Assembly: GCF_046119375.1 (NCBI RefSeq)
Contig: NW_027366894.1
Location: 1 to 64,000 of the forward strand
DNA length: 64,000 nucleotides
Source of the DNA: Phyllobates terribilis
Lineage: Eukaryota
Reading direction: 5' to 3'
Shown in pieces: positions 10,930-23,970 of this stretch (position 1 is the stretch's first letter; every line of letters begins with the position of its first letter). Below the pieces are notes generated by a model. The model made no database searches. It had not been told where the DNA came from and worked only from the letters and a program-made list of their open reading frames with translations. The position numbers and the translations under genes were made by a program.

Positions 10930-13900
10930 ATGTTGACTACGCCGCAAAAGAAGCCGTGGTCGTCGGGGTGGTCGCTCACGCCGAGGAGTGAGAATCACAA
11001 GTCTCCTTCTGCTAACCCTAGAGTTGGAGATGGGAGTGGTTTCGGCAAAGGGAAGGGGGTTACTTCCGCAGAAGTTTCTCCCCACGCCTGCTTCTGGTGC
11101 TGTGTATGGAAATGGAGCAATTGTTGCGGCTGATGGAGGAGATCCGGATGCCCTGGTCAGCAAGGTAGCGGAACTTGAAAAAGAGGTATTGTACTTTTGT
11201 GTTGTATTAGCTTGTTCTTAAGTTTGAATTCTGTACGGAAATACTCTCCTTACTCGGGAAGAATTAAGCATAACTATCTATTTCTTTGCTTAATTCGATT
11301 GTTAGCTTGAATGTGGGTGGACTTTGGGGCTGCTAAGTATGAATGTTGTGTTGAGTGCTCATAAGATGGAAATTGACAATTTTGATTTGGTAGTGTATGA
11401 TTTTAAGAAGTAGAAATATATGTTCCTAGACTTCCTTGTTAATAGACCTTATTAGGATGAGAAGTTATGTTTTGGTAGTTGTAGAATAAAGATTCATCTA
11501 TTAGCAAATATATACAGAAATGCTCATTTAATTTGAAAGGTGGTGGAGAATGATAGGATCTTGGTATAAGCTATGCTTCTTTTCCCATTTAAAAAACAAT
11601 GTCCGTACTTCGTATAGTCTATTATTTTTTGAACTTTTCGTTGTTAGTATACCTACAACAATTCATCCAAACCTGTAAGTGTATGGCATAAATTCTTGTC
11701 ACCTTATCTTTATTGAGTAGACAGAGTAGGCGGTTATTCACATTTTTTTGTAGGTGAAAAAACCCTTTTGTGTTGGCTGTCATGCCTAATTATAACAAGG
11801 AAATTAAATCATTTGAGCATATACCCTAACATCCTGGCTTCCTGAGATTCATGTTTTCCATAGTTATGTGGTCATTGTTTATGATAATATGTTTAATCCT
11901 GCCTGATTTTATAAGATATGAACCTGTATATTGTGGAACAAAGTCAATATTTGAGGGGGATTCACCAATAATTTGTGCACTAGAATTGAACCATAAAAAA
12001 TTCATATTCAAAATCCTTGTGTCTATATTATACATGCAATTTCTTCTGGCACGTGGATTTAAACTACCATGTTTTGCAGCTCTTTGAATATCAATACAAC
12101 ATGGGGCTCCTTATAATTGAGAAAAAAGAATGGAGTTCCAAGTATGAGGCTCTTCAAATGGAAACTGAAGAGGCAAAGAATGCCCTTAAACGGGAACAGT
12201 CTGCGCATTTCCTTGCCATTTCTGATTCTGAGAAACGTGAGGAGAATCTAAGGAGGGCTCTTGGTGTGGAGAAACAGTGTGTAGATGATGTAAGGATTCC
12301 TCATAATGGTTTGCATCTTTTTCTATCATAGCACTGCCTTTGCTTTTTCCCCTCTTCTTTGAAATATGTTTTGGCTGTATCAAATCAATTTGTTATGTTT
12401 TCAATGTTGAATGACGTTGTAAATTTTCGGATAAATTATGTATATTGCATCTCCCTTTAGCTTCATAGGTATAAAACCACTAGTGTTAGTTGTTATAGTC
12501 AAAGGAGATTGATCTATTTTCATCTGAAAATGTGTATTTATGAATTTATTCGTTATTGGTTGAATGCAGTTAGAGAAGACTTTGCGTGAGATGAGAGCAG
12601 AGTATGCAGAAATCAAGTTCACAGCTGATTCGAAGCTATCCGAGGCAAATGCTTTGGCTATTAGCATTGAAGATAAGTCGTTGGAGGTAGAAGCGAGATT
12701 GCGTGAAGCCGAGGCAAGGTTTGCTGAAGCAAGTAGAAAGAGTGCAGATATAGAGAGAAAAAAGCAAGACTTAGATGCTAGAGAGGGTGCACTTAAAAGG
12801 GCACGCGCGTCATTTGATTCAGAGTATGTTTTAGAACAACATTTTTTCTTGCAATTCGATTTTGGTTATACTTGTTGAGTTCTGACAATTGTGTTGTAAT
12901 TATAACAGGAGAGAAGCTCAGGATTCTAGCCTTTGCAAACAGAGGGAAGATCTGCGTGAATGGGAAAAGAAGTTGCAGGAAGGTGAAGAAAGGTTGTATG
13001 AGGCTCAGAGAATTCTCAATCAGAGAGAGGAGCGAGTAAATGAGGTGGATAGAAGGTACAAGCAGAAGGAGAACGATCTAGAAGAAGCACAGAAGAAGAT
13101 TGAAATGGGCAAGAACGAGTTGGAGAAAGCAGAAGAGGAAATAAGTAACAAATTCAAAACTCTGAAGGAAAAAGAGCAGGAAACAGATATTATTAGAAAG
13201 AGATTTGAAACGAAGGAGACAGAGTTACATGCCTGGGAAGAAAAGCTTAGTGAAAGAGAAAATGTGAGTCTTTTTTTAAACCCTTTAATGACTAGCTTAA
13301 GGATAAAGTCCTCATTGATTTGATACCCTTTTTGCAGATGGAATTGCAGAAGCTTCTTGATGAGCACAAATCTGAAATGGATGCAAGAAAGAAGGAGTTT
13401 GAGTTAGAATTGGAACAAAAGAGTGCATCTTTTGACGAAGAACTGAAAAGTAGAGTACTGGACGTTGAGAAGAGGGAAGCTGAAATCAAGCATGCAGAAG
13501 AGAAGCTTGCAAAAAGAGAAGAGGCTCTGGAGAAGAAGATGGAGAAACTGAAGCACAAGGAGACCGAAATTGATGCAAAGTCAAAAGCTCTGAAGGGTCA
13601 AGAGAAGACATTGAAGGCTGAGGAGAAACAACTGGGTATAGAGAGGAAGGAAGTGCAGTCAGACATGGAGAAATTAGTCTGTCTCAAGGAAGAGCTTGTA
13701 CAAAGAGAGGCTGAGCTCAGTGAACAGCTTCGGAAGATTCTAGAAGAAAAGGAACAACTGGAGGTTACTGAAGAAGAACGACTGAATCATGTGCGCTTAC
13801 AGACAGAGTTGAAGATGGAGATTGAGAAATATAGACATGAAAAGGAAGAACTTACGCGGCAAGCTGAAGGGTTGAAACAAGAGAGGGAGAGTTTTGAGAA

Positions 13901-15762
13901 AGAGTGGGAAGGTCTTGACGAGAAAAAAGCTGAGATTGAGAAAGAACTGAAGAAAATAGAGGAAGAGAAGGAAAGTTTAGAGAAGTGGAGACATACAGAA
14001 GAGGAGAAACTAAAGAATGAGTCTTTAGCGAATTGAAACTAATATACATAGAGAGATAGAGGCTTTGAAGCTGGCGAAGGAGTCATTTACCGCAGAAATG
14101 GAACATGAAAAGTCATTGTTGTCTCAGAAAGCTCATAGTGAGAGAAGCGCGATGCTGAATGAGATTGAGGTGCGTAAAAGAGAGCTTGAGATTGAGATGC
14201 AGAAGAAGATGGAGGAAATGGAGATAAGTTTCCGAGAAAAGGAGAGGGCGTTTGAGGAAGAAAGGGATAAAGAAATGATTAACATCACTTACATGAAAGA
14301 AAAAGCTGAAAAAGGAATGGAAGACATGGAAGTGGAGACACGGAGAGTTGAGAAGCAAAGAGAGGAAGTGGAAGCAAATAGGAAGGATCTAGAAGAGCAG
14401 AGGCTTGAAATACAGAAGGATATCGAGCAACTTGTGATCTTGAGTGGCAAATTGAAGGATCAGAGAGAGGTGTTTTTGAAAGAGAGAGAGAGCTTTATTG
14501 GGTTTATTGAAAAACATGAAGGCTGTGAAAAATGCGGGGAAATTACTAGAGAGTTTGTGATGTCTGATTTACAGTCTTTACATGAGAATAAAGGTGGAGA
14601 GATTCTTCCACTTCCTAAGCTGCCTGAACGTTATATGCAAAGTCGTGATAAAGGACATCAGACAAACGAGTCATCCCCGCCACCAGGCTTTGATGCTGGA
14701 TCTCCGAATTCTGCAGGAAAAATGTCGTCGTGGCTGCGAAAGTGTACTTCCAAAATATTTCTGTTTTCACCCACCAAGAAAAATGAGAATACTGCAATGC
14801 AGAATCTGGAGAGCGAGGGTGGTGATATGGAGCCGCGGTTAGACAATGATGTGGAAGGTGGTGAAGAAACTTCAGTAAGAGAAGAGAGCAATGTGAACGA
14901 CGAGAATCAAGAAGTTGAAACGTGTGAGGCGAAAGTGGAGAAGAAAAGAGGGAGAGCGAGGATAACTAGAAACCGTACTATGAAAGAAGTGGTTAAAGAC
15001 GCGGAGGCTTTATTGAATGAGAATGATTCAGCGCGCGTGGAGGCGAGTCAAGATGATGTGAGTGAGTTGGGTAAGGAAAATGGCGGGAAAGGAAGGAAGA
15101 GAAGCCGTGCTCAAGCAACGACTAGTCAACAGACTGTTGCTGATAGTGAAGAGATCTCTGAAAGTATTGCAGCTGGTACTCGTCGAAAGACGAGACAGAA
15201 AGTTGCGGCTCAAGCTGTTGAAGCTCCTGCTGAGGAGAAACGGTACAACCTTCGCAGACCTAAGAAGTAAGTTCTGTAAATGGTTTTAATAAAACATTTT
15301 TGAGTTTTTTGTCCTATAATGACGACTTGTGTTATTACTTACAGGGTGGTTGGAGGTACAACCACTTCCAAGAAGACTAGCCGTTCGAAGGGTGGTCAAA
15401 CAGTTTCAGCTGCTAATGATCCAGCCCAGGTGAGTTTTAAAGTGTTAATAGTCCATTTGATATGAAATTGGGCAGAATAATAGGTTATATTGTGTGTTAT
15501 ACAGGATGAATGTAGTGGTGGGAGAGTAATGGTGGCGACGACTGTTACTGAAACTACGATAGTGATGAGTGAAGAGGTGAACGGATCTCCAGATGGGCAT
15601 GGAGGAGAGTACAGTAATGTGACGCCAGGGGGTGATGCGGAGAATAGTGTTAGAGAAGGCAGGGAGTATAATGATGATGAGGAAGAAGATGAAGATGAGG
15701 AGGCTTTGCAGCCAGGTGAAGCGTCGATAGGGAAGAAGCTTTGGACGTTCTTCACAACGTGA
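10930..15762 (+). CDS. NMCP1: Nuclear matrix constituent protein 1 / CROWDED NUCLEI-type lamin-like coiled-coil protein. Exons 10930-11185, 12080-12289, 12570-12823, 12909-13263, 13338-15266, 15345-15429, 15505-15762. Two +1 frameshifts as assembled; about 1114 aa if corrected.
   Basis: Hallmark motifs [51 protein letters not shown] and C-terminal [11 protein letters not shown]. All introns GT-AG with compatible phases. Frame breaks near 11080 and 14031. Confidence 0.93.
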
Positions 15763-16505
15763 TCTTCTTCTTCTTCTTCTCTACTACGTGTTAGGCTGTC
15801 ATTGAATTATTACTTTGTTTCTGTGTCATTCTTTCTGGGGTCATGCACGTGTGTGTTCTAAGCATTGGAGTATAATGTAGGAAGAATCCGTTTGTTGGGT
15901 AGCTTTTGTTTTTTCAGAGTATGGTAGTGATGATGAAGTCAGTGTATTTGGATGGCTCAACTTAGATTAAGGGGAAATTGTTTGTGTTTTTTGCTTTGCT
16001 TGTATGTTGAACCTAGATTGACGAATACTGTTTGTTTGTTTGTTTGTCATGTAATCTGGATCCATTGATTTAAAACCGGTTTCTCGGATATCAAGATATG
16101 GATATGAATTATCATGTTGTACACATAATATACTTGATATATACTCTAACGTACCCATACCCATATTTATTCATATATAAACAGTATATATCAGTTTCAT
16201 ATTGATTTACCAATTATGGGTAGAATTGATATCTTATACAATACCAGACAAGACGAGCTCCTCGTAGTAGAACAGAAAATGGGGGATGTTTAGGTGACTG
16301 AAGATTCAGGGAACACAGTAGAAACCCTATAAGCATTATCAAAAACCAATATTCAAAATTAAATGAAACAGTTCTCTTCGACTAGAAGGACAAGATCTAC
16401 CAGAGTTTTGCAGCTCAAGTTAGCTGATGTTCGAAGGTACATGTCAAACTGTGTTATTTCTTGCTTCAAACGAGAAACACAATAGCAAAAAAGATCTTTT
16501 TTCTC

Positions 16506-19500
16506 CTATCTGAACCACCATCTCTGTGCATACGAAAGAGGAGTGTTCAAGAACGGGGCGTAACGATCCTTAAAGGGAAGGAATATCTTTCCGATTTCTC
16601 TCCAAACACTTTGGTGGTATCCAGAGGTAACAGGAGCCTGATACATGAGCTTCAACAGCTGCGCACAAGAACAATCGCGATACTATCAATCTTTATGCGA
16701 AGAGAAACAGATAGGACACCATTAAACATCAGAGGGTATAATACCTGCCAGTACATGAAGGTTTGGATTACGTTGCGCTGCCACCTTCAGATCAAAATTG
16801 TCCAGAAAGAAGTAAGAAAAATGTCTATATGGAGAGAAAGATGAAAGGATAAAATAACACAATGATATTCCAACTTACGAGAACAGGGAGAGAATTAGAA
16901 GAAATCCAAGTCCAACTTCGGTACGAGAACATAATATATTCAAAGTGGTTGTATTTGATTCCACCCAGACACAGAGATCCTCAAAGTACTTTCTGCGAAC
17001 AATTACAAAAATGGGAAAATAGTTATTACTGACAAATGATATCTTACCAATCAAGAAGATTGCTTTGTTGAAGAAATTGAAAACTGATAGCACCGAATTG
17101 AAGAGATTTACCTATACAATGAAGAGCTGCTGAAATTCCGCCTGAGAAACTTTGCTACATGTTCTAGAGTTCGACACAGAACAGAGATCAAGGCAACTGA
17201 AGGAAAAAGCATTTATAAGAGTTATTTACTTCAGTAGAGTTCGGGAAATATTGAAAAAAAGCGGTCCTTTTAGGGATAGAATCTCACATTTGAGACAAAG
17301 ATGTGAAGTGACAAACATAAGCGAATACATGAAGTAGATAAAGTCTTTGGTGGCTATAACTGACTGCAGCCAAATTTGAACTCCCTGCATATTCCATGAT
17401 CTAGGTTTCTGCAAGTACCATTTACGAATGTTATATCAGATTTAATAGAGTTTATATCAATATCAGAAAATCATATAGATTGTAAGAATATACCCCATAT
17501 AGAGAGTACAAAGAATATGCTGAGGAGCATGCAGTTCCCACGAAAGAAAGGCGATATGCACGGTTTGAAAGATGCTTAGGTACAATCGGCAGCATTGCAA
17601 GCAAGGCTAACACACATATCTGCAAGGAGAAAAAGAAATAGCAGATAATTAATTTATATTTTTATTGTAATTCTTGTTAGTCAGATTGAGTTAGAAGTAA
17701 TGGGTTAGTGCTGTTCCTAGTTAGTATTTAAACTATATTAATAGAAAAGAGTGGGTTGCAAAAAAATCCTTTTTTATACTTACTGGCTTAGAGTGTTTCT
17801 TATAAAGTTCTTCACACATAAGATGGATACTTCTATAAGGAAAGCCCTTTTTATTTCGTTTTTAGCCACTTAAATAGGTGCATATATGTCTATAGGGTCA
17901 ATGGCAGAACAAAACTAGCTGAAAGTGAAGTGTTATAATAGATAACTAAGCATTTCTCAGTCTCAGTTATGCTTCTATTCGTGTACTCATATAAGACAGA
18001 ACATGTTAGGATATGAAGCATAATATTAAAGGAGCATATCATGTAGTCAAGTACATATTTAGTGAGATTCTTTCGAAGAGATCAATGTACTATAGAAGTT
18101 TAAGTCATTCCCATACCCAAGCATTGACAGAAAATAGTACGGTTTGCCTATCCCAACGCAAGGAAGTTGGATTTTGACCAGTGGTCGCTGATGATGCAGA
18201 TGTTCTCGCGCTTGAGCCTGCAACATATGTTGCAATATCCATTGGAAGTAATTCAATATTCATGCTTTCTGAAGGTGAAAACAGCCAAAGATCCAAGTAA
18301 TTACCTGAGGTAGGACGCCTTGATTGCTGGTTATTTGGGGGAGATGATGACGAAGATGAGGTTGTTTCTCCAGCTGGTTGAGAGGTATTGCTCGCTGACA
18401 TGGGCTCTACCACAAGGCCAGGATCCTGATCAAAGAAAATTCACCTCTCATCAATATGACAGCTCAAGGAGAACCAGAAGCAATGACATTGAGGAAGTAC
18501 ATACATGTCATACCAGGCTAAAACACTTTTTCACAACTATATATAAGTTCCCCTTGATTCCTTGAACAAACATAAATTTCTAAAGTAAAAAAATCCAGTA
18601 TGATCTAAACAGAGCACGCATTAGTTATGAAAAGATGATACTTCCTGGTTCCTTTTTTGTAGTGAGAAAGTTTAAGTAGCTAAGAAATAGCAGAAAAGCA
18701 ACAAGCAATGATTTGAAATAAGTTATGCAGTTGAATTTACTTCCAACGAGCCATTCTAACAAGCATTAGCACAAAATGTTCAGGAAGATTAATAAATGTG
18801 CACCAGTAAACTGACTCAGTTACCCAAGCTAAAACCTCAAATTTATTTGTAGAAAACAGAAGTGCCGAGATAGACAAAAACAATAGTATGGCAAGCAAAA
18901 AAAAACTTGAATAAAGCCAAAGCCTCCAATGAAAATCCGTAAGCATCAGAGAAAAGCACCATTTCTTTGATCTCGAGAGGAGTAAACAATAAAGTAACAA
19001 ACTTGTTTATCCCTATCAATGATCTATCAAGGATCTTCAATTTTAAGGAATTGTTCAAGACCAAAAGAGCAACATTGAAAAAGCAAATATCCCTCGAGAA
19101 CTGAGCGAATCACTTAGAAAATTTCATCTATGAGTAGTATCTCTGGCCGCAATAGAACCCCAAACCAAGACGTAACTCGAAGCAAACAAGCTGAAAACCC
19201 CCGTCAGAAACTCAAGCAGAACTTGTAAAAACCTAACTTCTACAGAAAATTCATGTAATCGATGACAAAATAGGGAAGTAACACAAAAGGAATCAATCCG
19301 ATGTACCAAAAATACGCACGATCAACGCAATTCAAGAGATTTCAAGTCCAAAGCTAGAAAAGCAATAGCAAAAATTAGCGACAAGCAAGCAAGAGAGGAG
19401 AAAGATAGCATACGACGAAGCGCTGGTAGAACTTGCGCTTGTAGTGAGCAATAACTTCAGATCTGGAAGCCATGTTAGGAGGCATGAGGATGTTGGACCA

Positions 19501-19593
19501 GTAATCCGACCAGCGTGAATCATTGTCGTAGTCGTAGGCGGCCGCGGCAATCCTCTTCAGCCTCTGCGATTCATCGGCATCTTCTCCGCCCAT
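16506..19593 (-). CDS. TMEM33/Pom33 (UPF0121) family membrane protein. Exons 19414-19593, 18305-18425, 18117-18217, 17494-17619, 17288-17408, 17112-17196, 16879-16992, 16745-16784, 16506-16658 (346 aa).
   Basis: Spliced frame is intact with GT-AG introns. Motifs YDYDNDSRWSDYWSN, HYKRKFYQRF, LRWDRQT, WQRNVIQTFMYWQLLKLMY, C-terminal QRWWFR. Confidence 0.88.
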
Positions 19594-19849
19594 CTCTCTC
19601 TGTGTTTGAAGATTGAGTTGTAAAGGTAGATGAGATGAACTCTATGCGTGAGCTTCGCCGCTATGGAGTTGTGAATCGTGATTTGCGTTAGTGATGATAG
19701 GAAGTGGGAACATTGTATTGACTGTAGAGATATCTAAAACGCCGTGTTTCAAAGGCAGGGCTTCTTTTGCAAGTTTTTTTAAATGGATTTGTAGGTCTGG
19801 ATAATCTTAATCCTAATTCTAATCCTAATTTTAATATATTATAAATTTA

Positions 19850-20555
19850 GATTTTTTAGTCGTTTTGTTATTAATGTTTTTATTAGTTTTTGTAGTTGTT
19901 TTGTTTTTGTTTTTCAAAGGTTGTAGTTGCTTTCCTTTTTTGATAAGTGTTGGACCGATATGTGCTTGGCCGGATGGAATTTGTTTGTAGCTACTGAAAT
20001 GTCCTTTTCAAAGAAGCAGAGTATTTGGTATGCCTCCCAATTGAATGTCGTTTTGCCTTCACCTTCAATTCGCAATTCCAAGAGTCGTCGTTAATGGTTC
20101 ACCTTCAATTCGCAATTCCAAGAGTTGCCATTAATGGCAGTTTTGTTGACTTCCCCTTCCTCATGCCTCGGAACGTCATAAAATCACTTCAATTGACAAA
20201 AACGAGTATATTATAAATTTAGTGTTTTGTAGTTGCTTTGTTCATTAATGTCTTCATTGGTTTTGTAGTTGCTTTTTTTTAAAGGTTGTAGTTGCTTGCC
20301 TTTTTTGATAAGTATTAGGTCGGATCAAATTTGTTTGTAGCAATTGAAATGGCATTATCAAAGAAGCAGAGTATTTGGTACACCTCCCAATTGACTTTCG
20401 TTCTGCCTTCACCTTCAATTCGCAATTACAATAGTCGTCATTAACGGTTCACCATCAATTCGCAATTCCAAGAGTCACCATTAATGGCGGTTCTGTTGAC
20501 CCCCCCTTCCTCATGCCTCGGAACGTCATAAAATCACTTCAATTGACAAAAACAA
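19850..20555. repeat. Two tandem copies of an about 350 bp unit inside the Helitron
   Basis: 19850-20215 resembles 20216-20555. CACCTTCAATTCGCAATT-type motif occurs four times. Confidence 0.85.
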
Positions 20556-20570
20556 GATTACACGAGAACC

Positions 20571-20726
20571 ATGGATTCTGCAAAGATGAAAGGTAAGGCA
20601 GTTGCTGTGGAGGACGAGAATGTGGGCTTGGACCAATTAGCAGAGGATATGGCTGTTGCTGTGAAGGCGATGGTGTGTTGCAAATGGGGTGATGCAAATT
20701 GTTTCATAAAGTATTTGAGCACCTAG
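20571..20726 (+). pseudogene. Short ORF resembling the N-terminus of Helitron RPA-like (OB-fold) genes
   Basis: MDSAKMKGKAVAVEDENVGLDQLAEDMAVAVKAMVCCKW; similarity judged from memory of the family only. Confidence 0.35.
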
Positions 20727-20819
20727 TACACACTGTCGTACTGCCAGGTGAATTTTCAATCCCTGCAATCAATCCGTTACTTTATAACCTGATGCTTTTT
20801 TGCTAATACGCAATCAATC

Positions 20820-21245
20820 CCTGCAATATTGAACAGTTGCCTTGGGTCATGTATTCTCTGATTCGCCTAAATATTGTTCTAAACAATTCAGCATATTCAG
20901 TAATGCATTCACTTCATTAGATTCTAACTGATATTCTGATTTGAAAGGTCTATTTTCAGTGTTCCAACAACAATTTGGTTATTAGCTGTCATTTGGGTAA
21001 ATCGTACATCATCCTGGTTAATTTATCAGTATAGTAATACGGAGAGTTGCCTTGGGTCGTGTACTCTCTTATTCGCCTAAATATTATTCTAAACAATTCA
21101 TCATATTCAGTAATACATTCACTTCATTAGATTCTAACTGATATTCTAATTTGAAAGGTCTATTTTCAGTGTTCCAACAACAATTTGGTTGTTAATTGTC
21201 ATTTGGGTAAATCCTACATCATCATGGTTAATTTATCAGTATAGT
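20820..21245. repeat. Two tandem copies of an about 220 bp unit inside the Helitron
   Basis: gttgccttgggtc...aatttatcagtatagt repeated at about 20835 and 21045. Confidence 0.85.
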
Positions 21246-22206
21246 TTTTGAGATTAGTATTTGATTTTCTTTTCTCTCTTATCTTGCAGCAAGGATCTAA
21301 TGTGTGAAGTAGTAATTTTGTGCATTAGTGTTGTGTTGTAGATACTAGACAAACTACTAGACAAAACATACACAAAGTACACTGTGCACGAAACTTACAA
21401 TCAAAAATACTACAAAAACACATCCTCAAATGATATATCACAAACATTCGTTCGAACCAAAAAGGATGTCTATGATAACATATAAACTACATAGCCCGTG
21501 TTGCGCACGGGCGACAAAGTACTAGTATTAGTATAAAAGTACACTATATCGGTACATAGAGTTGAGTTATTACGCGTAGAGATGGGGCCAAAACCATCGG
21601 TTCCTAGATTCTATAATCTTGGAAACCGGTGAATTCCCGGTTCTGGAATGGCAGTTCCAAACCGTCCGTTTTCAGCCTGGTTCTTGCCGGTTCCGGTTTT
21701 GATTCCGAACCGGGATACTTTTATTTTAAAAATTATTTAGAACAAATTATTGTTAAATAAGTAAATTTATTTATTTATTAAAATAAAACCAGTATGCTTT
21801 TATAGTAAATATTTTTTTATAAATTTATTAAAAACATATTTTTTTATCATTTATAATTAAATTTCATCATATATTTACATATTTATAATTTATAAGTACT
21901 TAAGTATATGTTTATTAAAACTATTTCCTTACGGAACACCTATTTTTGTTTAAATAAATTATTCTTAAATATATCATCATGTTTTCATATGTTATACTTC
22001 ATCTGTCCCGAATTCTGCTTCCTATTTGTATAAAAAAACAAAGGAATTTATGCACATTAATTGCTCAAGTACAAGGCTACAAAGGAGAGAGGAAAGGAAC
22101 TTAATTACAAATCTGTAGGAGTATAACACCAATAGAAATCCAGCTTTTGAAATTGAACAACCAATGAAATTGCAACCCAAATTTTAAACAGATTGCCAAA
22201 ACTGTA

Positions 22207-22225
22207 GGGGGGGGGGGGGGGGGGG
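22207..22225 (+). repeat. G19 homopolymer
   Basis: Seen directly. Confidence 0.95.
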
Positions 22226-22361
22226 AATAATAAACCCAAATGTGGGTTCCATCAAATTTAAGAGGGGACATATAAAGGGGGCATTCAAGCTTTCAGCAGT
22301 TCATACCCAAACACAAGAAAAAAACAGAGCATTCAATTCCGCTTCATTACCCGCCATTCCA

Positions 22362-23970
22362 ATGGCCTCAGAATTTGATTTAAATGTGGCTCTGGCTCCA
22401 CCAGAGGATGAAGGGGGCATTGAAGATGATGGGGACATTGAGGGTAACATGCCTTTCGATCTCAATCACCCCCCTGAAGCCATTGCAGAAACAAAGCAAG
22501 TTGCAGGACGGGATCATCACCAGGCCAGGAATCGTATGCTCAACGGAGATGAAAGACTCTATATTCTTGTTTGACTTTTGCAACGGGCAAATGGAGGCCG
22601 TCTCGAACGCGGTTCAGTCAAGGAAGTTGCACAACAGTTCAACATTTCAAGAAGAAGTATAAGCACACTGTGGAACATAGCGCAAAGGCAAAAGGAGACA
22701 GGTGAGGTATACAATGTCGCATCTCAATTTTACAATTGCGGCAGAAAGAGAGTGCAAGTCGATGCTATGGCAATCACGTCATTACAAATGGGGGAAAGAT
22801 CATGCATTAGGGATTTAGCTCCAAAAATCAACATATCAAAGAGTATTGTACACAGAATGGTGAGAAGGAAGCAAATAAGGCCACACATCAATGCTTTGCA
22901 TCCAAGTTTAACAAATATCAACAAGAAGGTACATCTACAATGGATTTTAGGTTTGTTACATGGAGACACCCCTCAAGAAAAACAAACTTACTATCCAATG
23001 TACGATTTCGTACATTTGGATGAGAAGTGGTTTAATCTTACGAAGAAGACCCAAAGGGTCTACTTAGCATCATCTGAAAGGGGACATTACATGTCAGCTA
23101 GTTATAGTAAATTTATTCCAAAGGTTATGTTCACAATAGTTGTAACTAGGCCTAGGTATAATGATCTAGGTGAGTGCACATTCGATGGAATGATAGATAT
23201 ATTCTCATTCACATATCAAGATCCAGCAAAAAGAAAGTCCAAGAACAGAGGGAAGGGGATCATATTGCCAAGGTTGTAGAGTCAGTAAACAAGCATGCAA
23301 CAAGAAGAATGCTCATAGACCAGATCATACCAGCAATCAAAGCAAAGTGGCCAAATAATGGGGAGCAGAACATCATATTCGTACAGTAAGACAATGCAAG
23401 GGCACACATTACACAAGATGATCCAGAATGACTACAAGTCTACATTCAAGATGAGTTCACATTTATTCTACTTCAACAACCACCCAATAGCCCTGATTTA
23501 AATATTTTAGATTTGAGTATGTTGAGAAAATGCTAGAAGTTGTATCAGAAGTATTCTATGAACTAGATAAAAAAACAGTAAGTAATATATGGATGTCATT
23601 ACAATATGTAATAAATGAAATCATGAAGGTCCAGGGGGAAAATGGATATGATGTCCCTCATGTAAACAAAAAATGACTAAAAAGACAGGGAAATTTGCCA
23701 ATCCGGGTCAAGGCTCCTAGAAGAGCAGTCTTGGATGCATGGAGCATAGTCAATGATGGCTCAGAAATGAATGCACAACCAACTCAAAGGGGACAAGTAA
23801 CAACAGGGGGCATGCTACAATACGGGACAACTTTTAATGCAAGCACACAATCAACCATCTACTTCAGGGACAACAGAGATTGGACAAGCAACAATGCAGA
23901 TGTTCAACCAAGCAACTACCAAAATGGCAGGGGAACAAAGTCAGCAAACATATGCAATGACACAAGATGA
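22362..23970 (+). pseudogene. Mariner DD39D transposase, disrupted
   Basis: Motifs HLDEKWF, IPKVMF, Q*DNA and QPPNSPDLNILDL; 39 residues separate the second and third Asp. Stops at 22572 and 23387, frameshift near 23260. Confidence 0.92.

Larger units (their letters stand above)
19805..21525 (+). mobile_element. Non-autonomous Helitron
   Basis: 3' hairpin GCCCGTG-TTGCG-CACGGGC followed by CTAG|T at 21522-21526. Candidate A|TC 5' end at 19804/19805. Internal tandem duplications and an RPA-like mini-ORF. The 5' boundary is less certain. Confidence 0.75.

Noticed and set aside
11070-14040. Programmed +1 ribosomal frameshifting in NMCP1
   Set aside because: Orthologs are known as continuous ORFs, and two independent recoding sites are far less likely than indel errors or mutations.
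12186-15755. Minus-strand ORFs over NMCP1 (e.g. 13020-13367, 15396-15755)
   Set aside because: Ser/Phe/Leu-rich shadows of Glu/Lys-rich sense codons.
16461-16844. 127-aa + strand ORF
   Set aside because: Antisense to the last TMEM33-like exons, TTG start, no recognisable motif.
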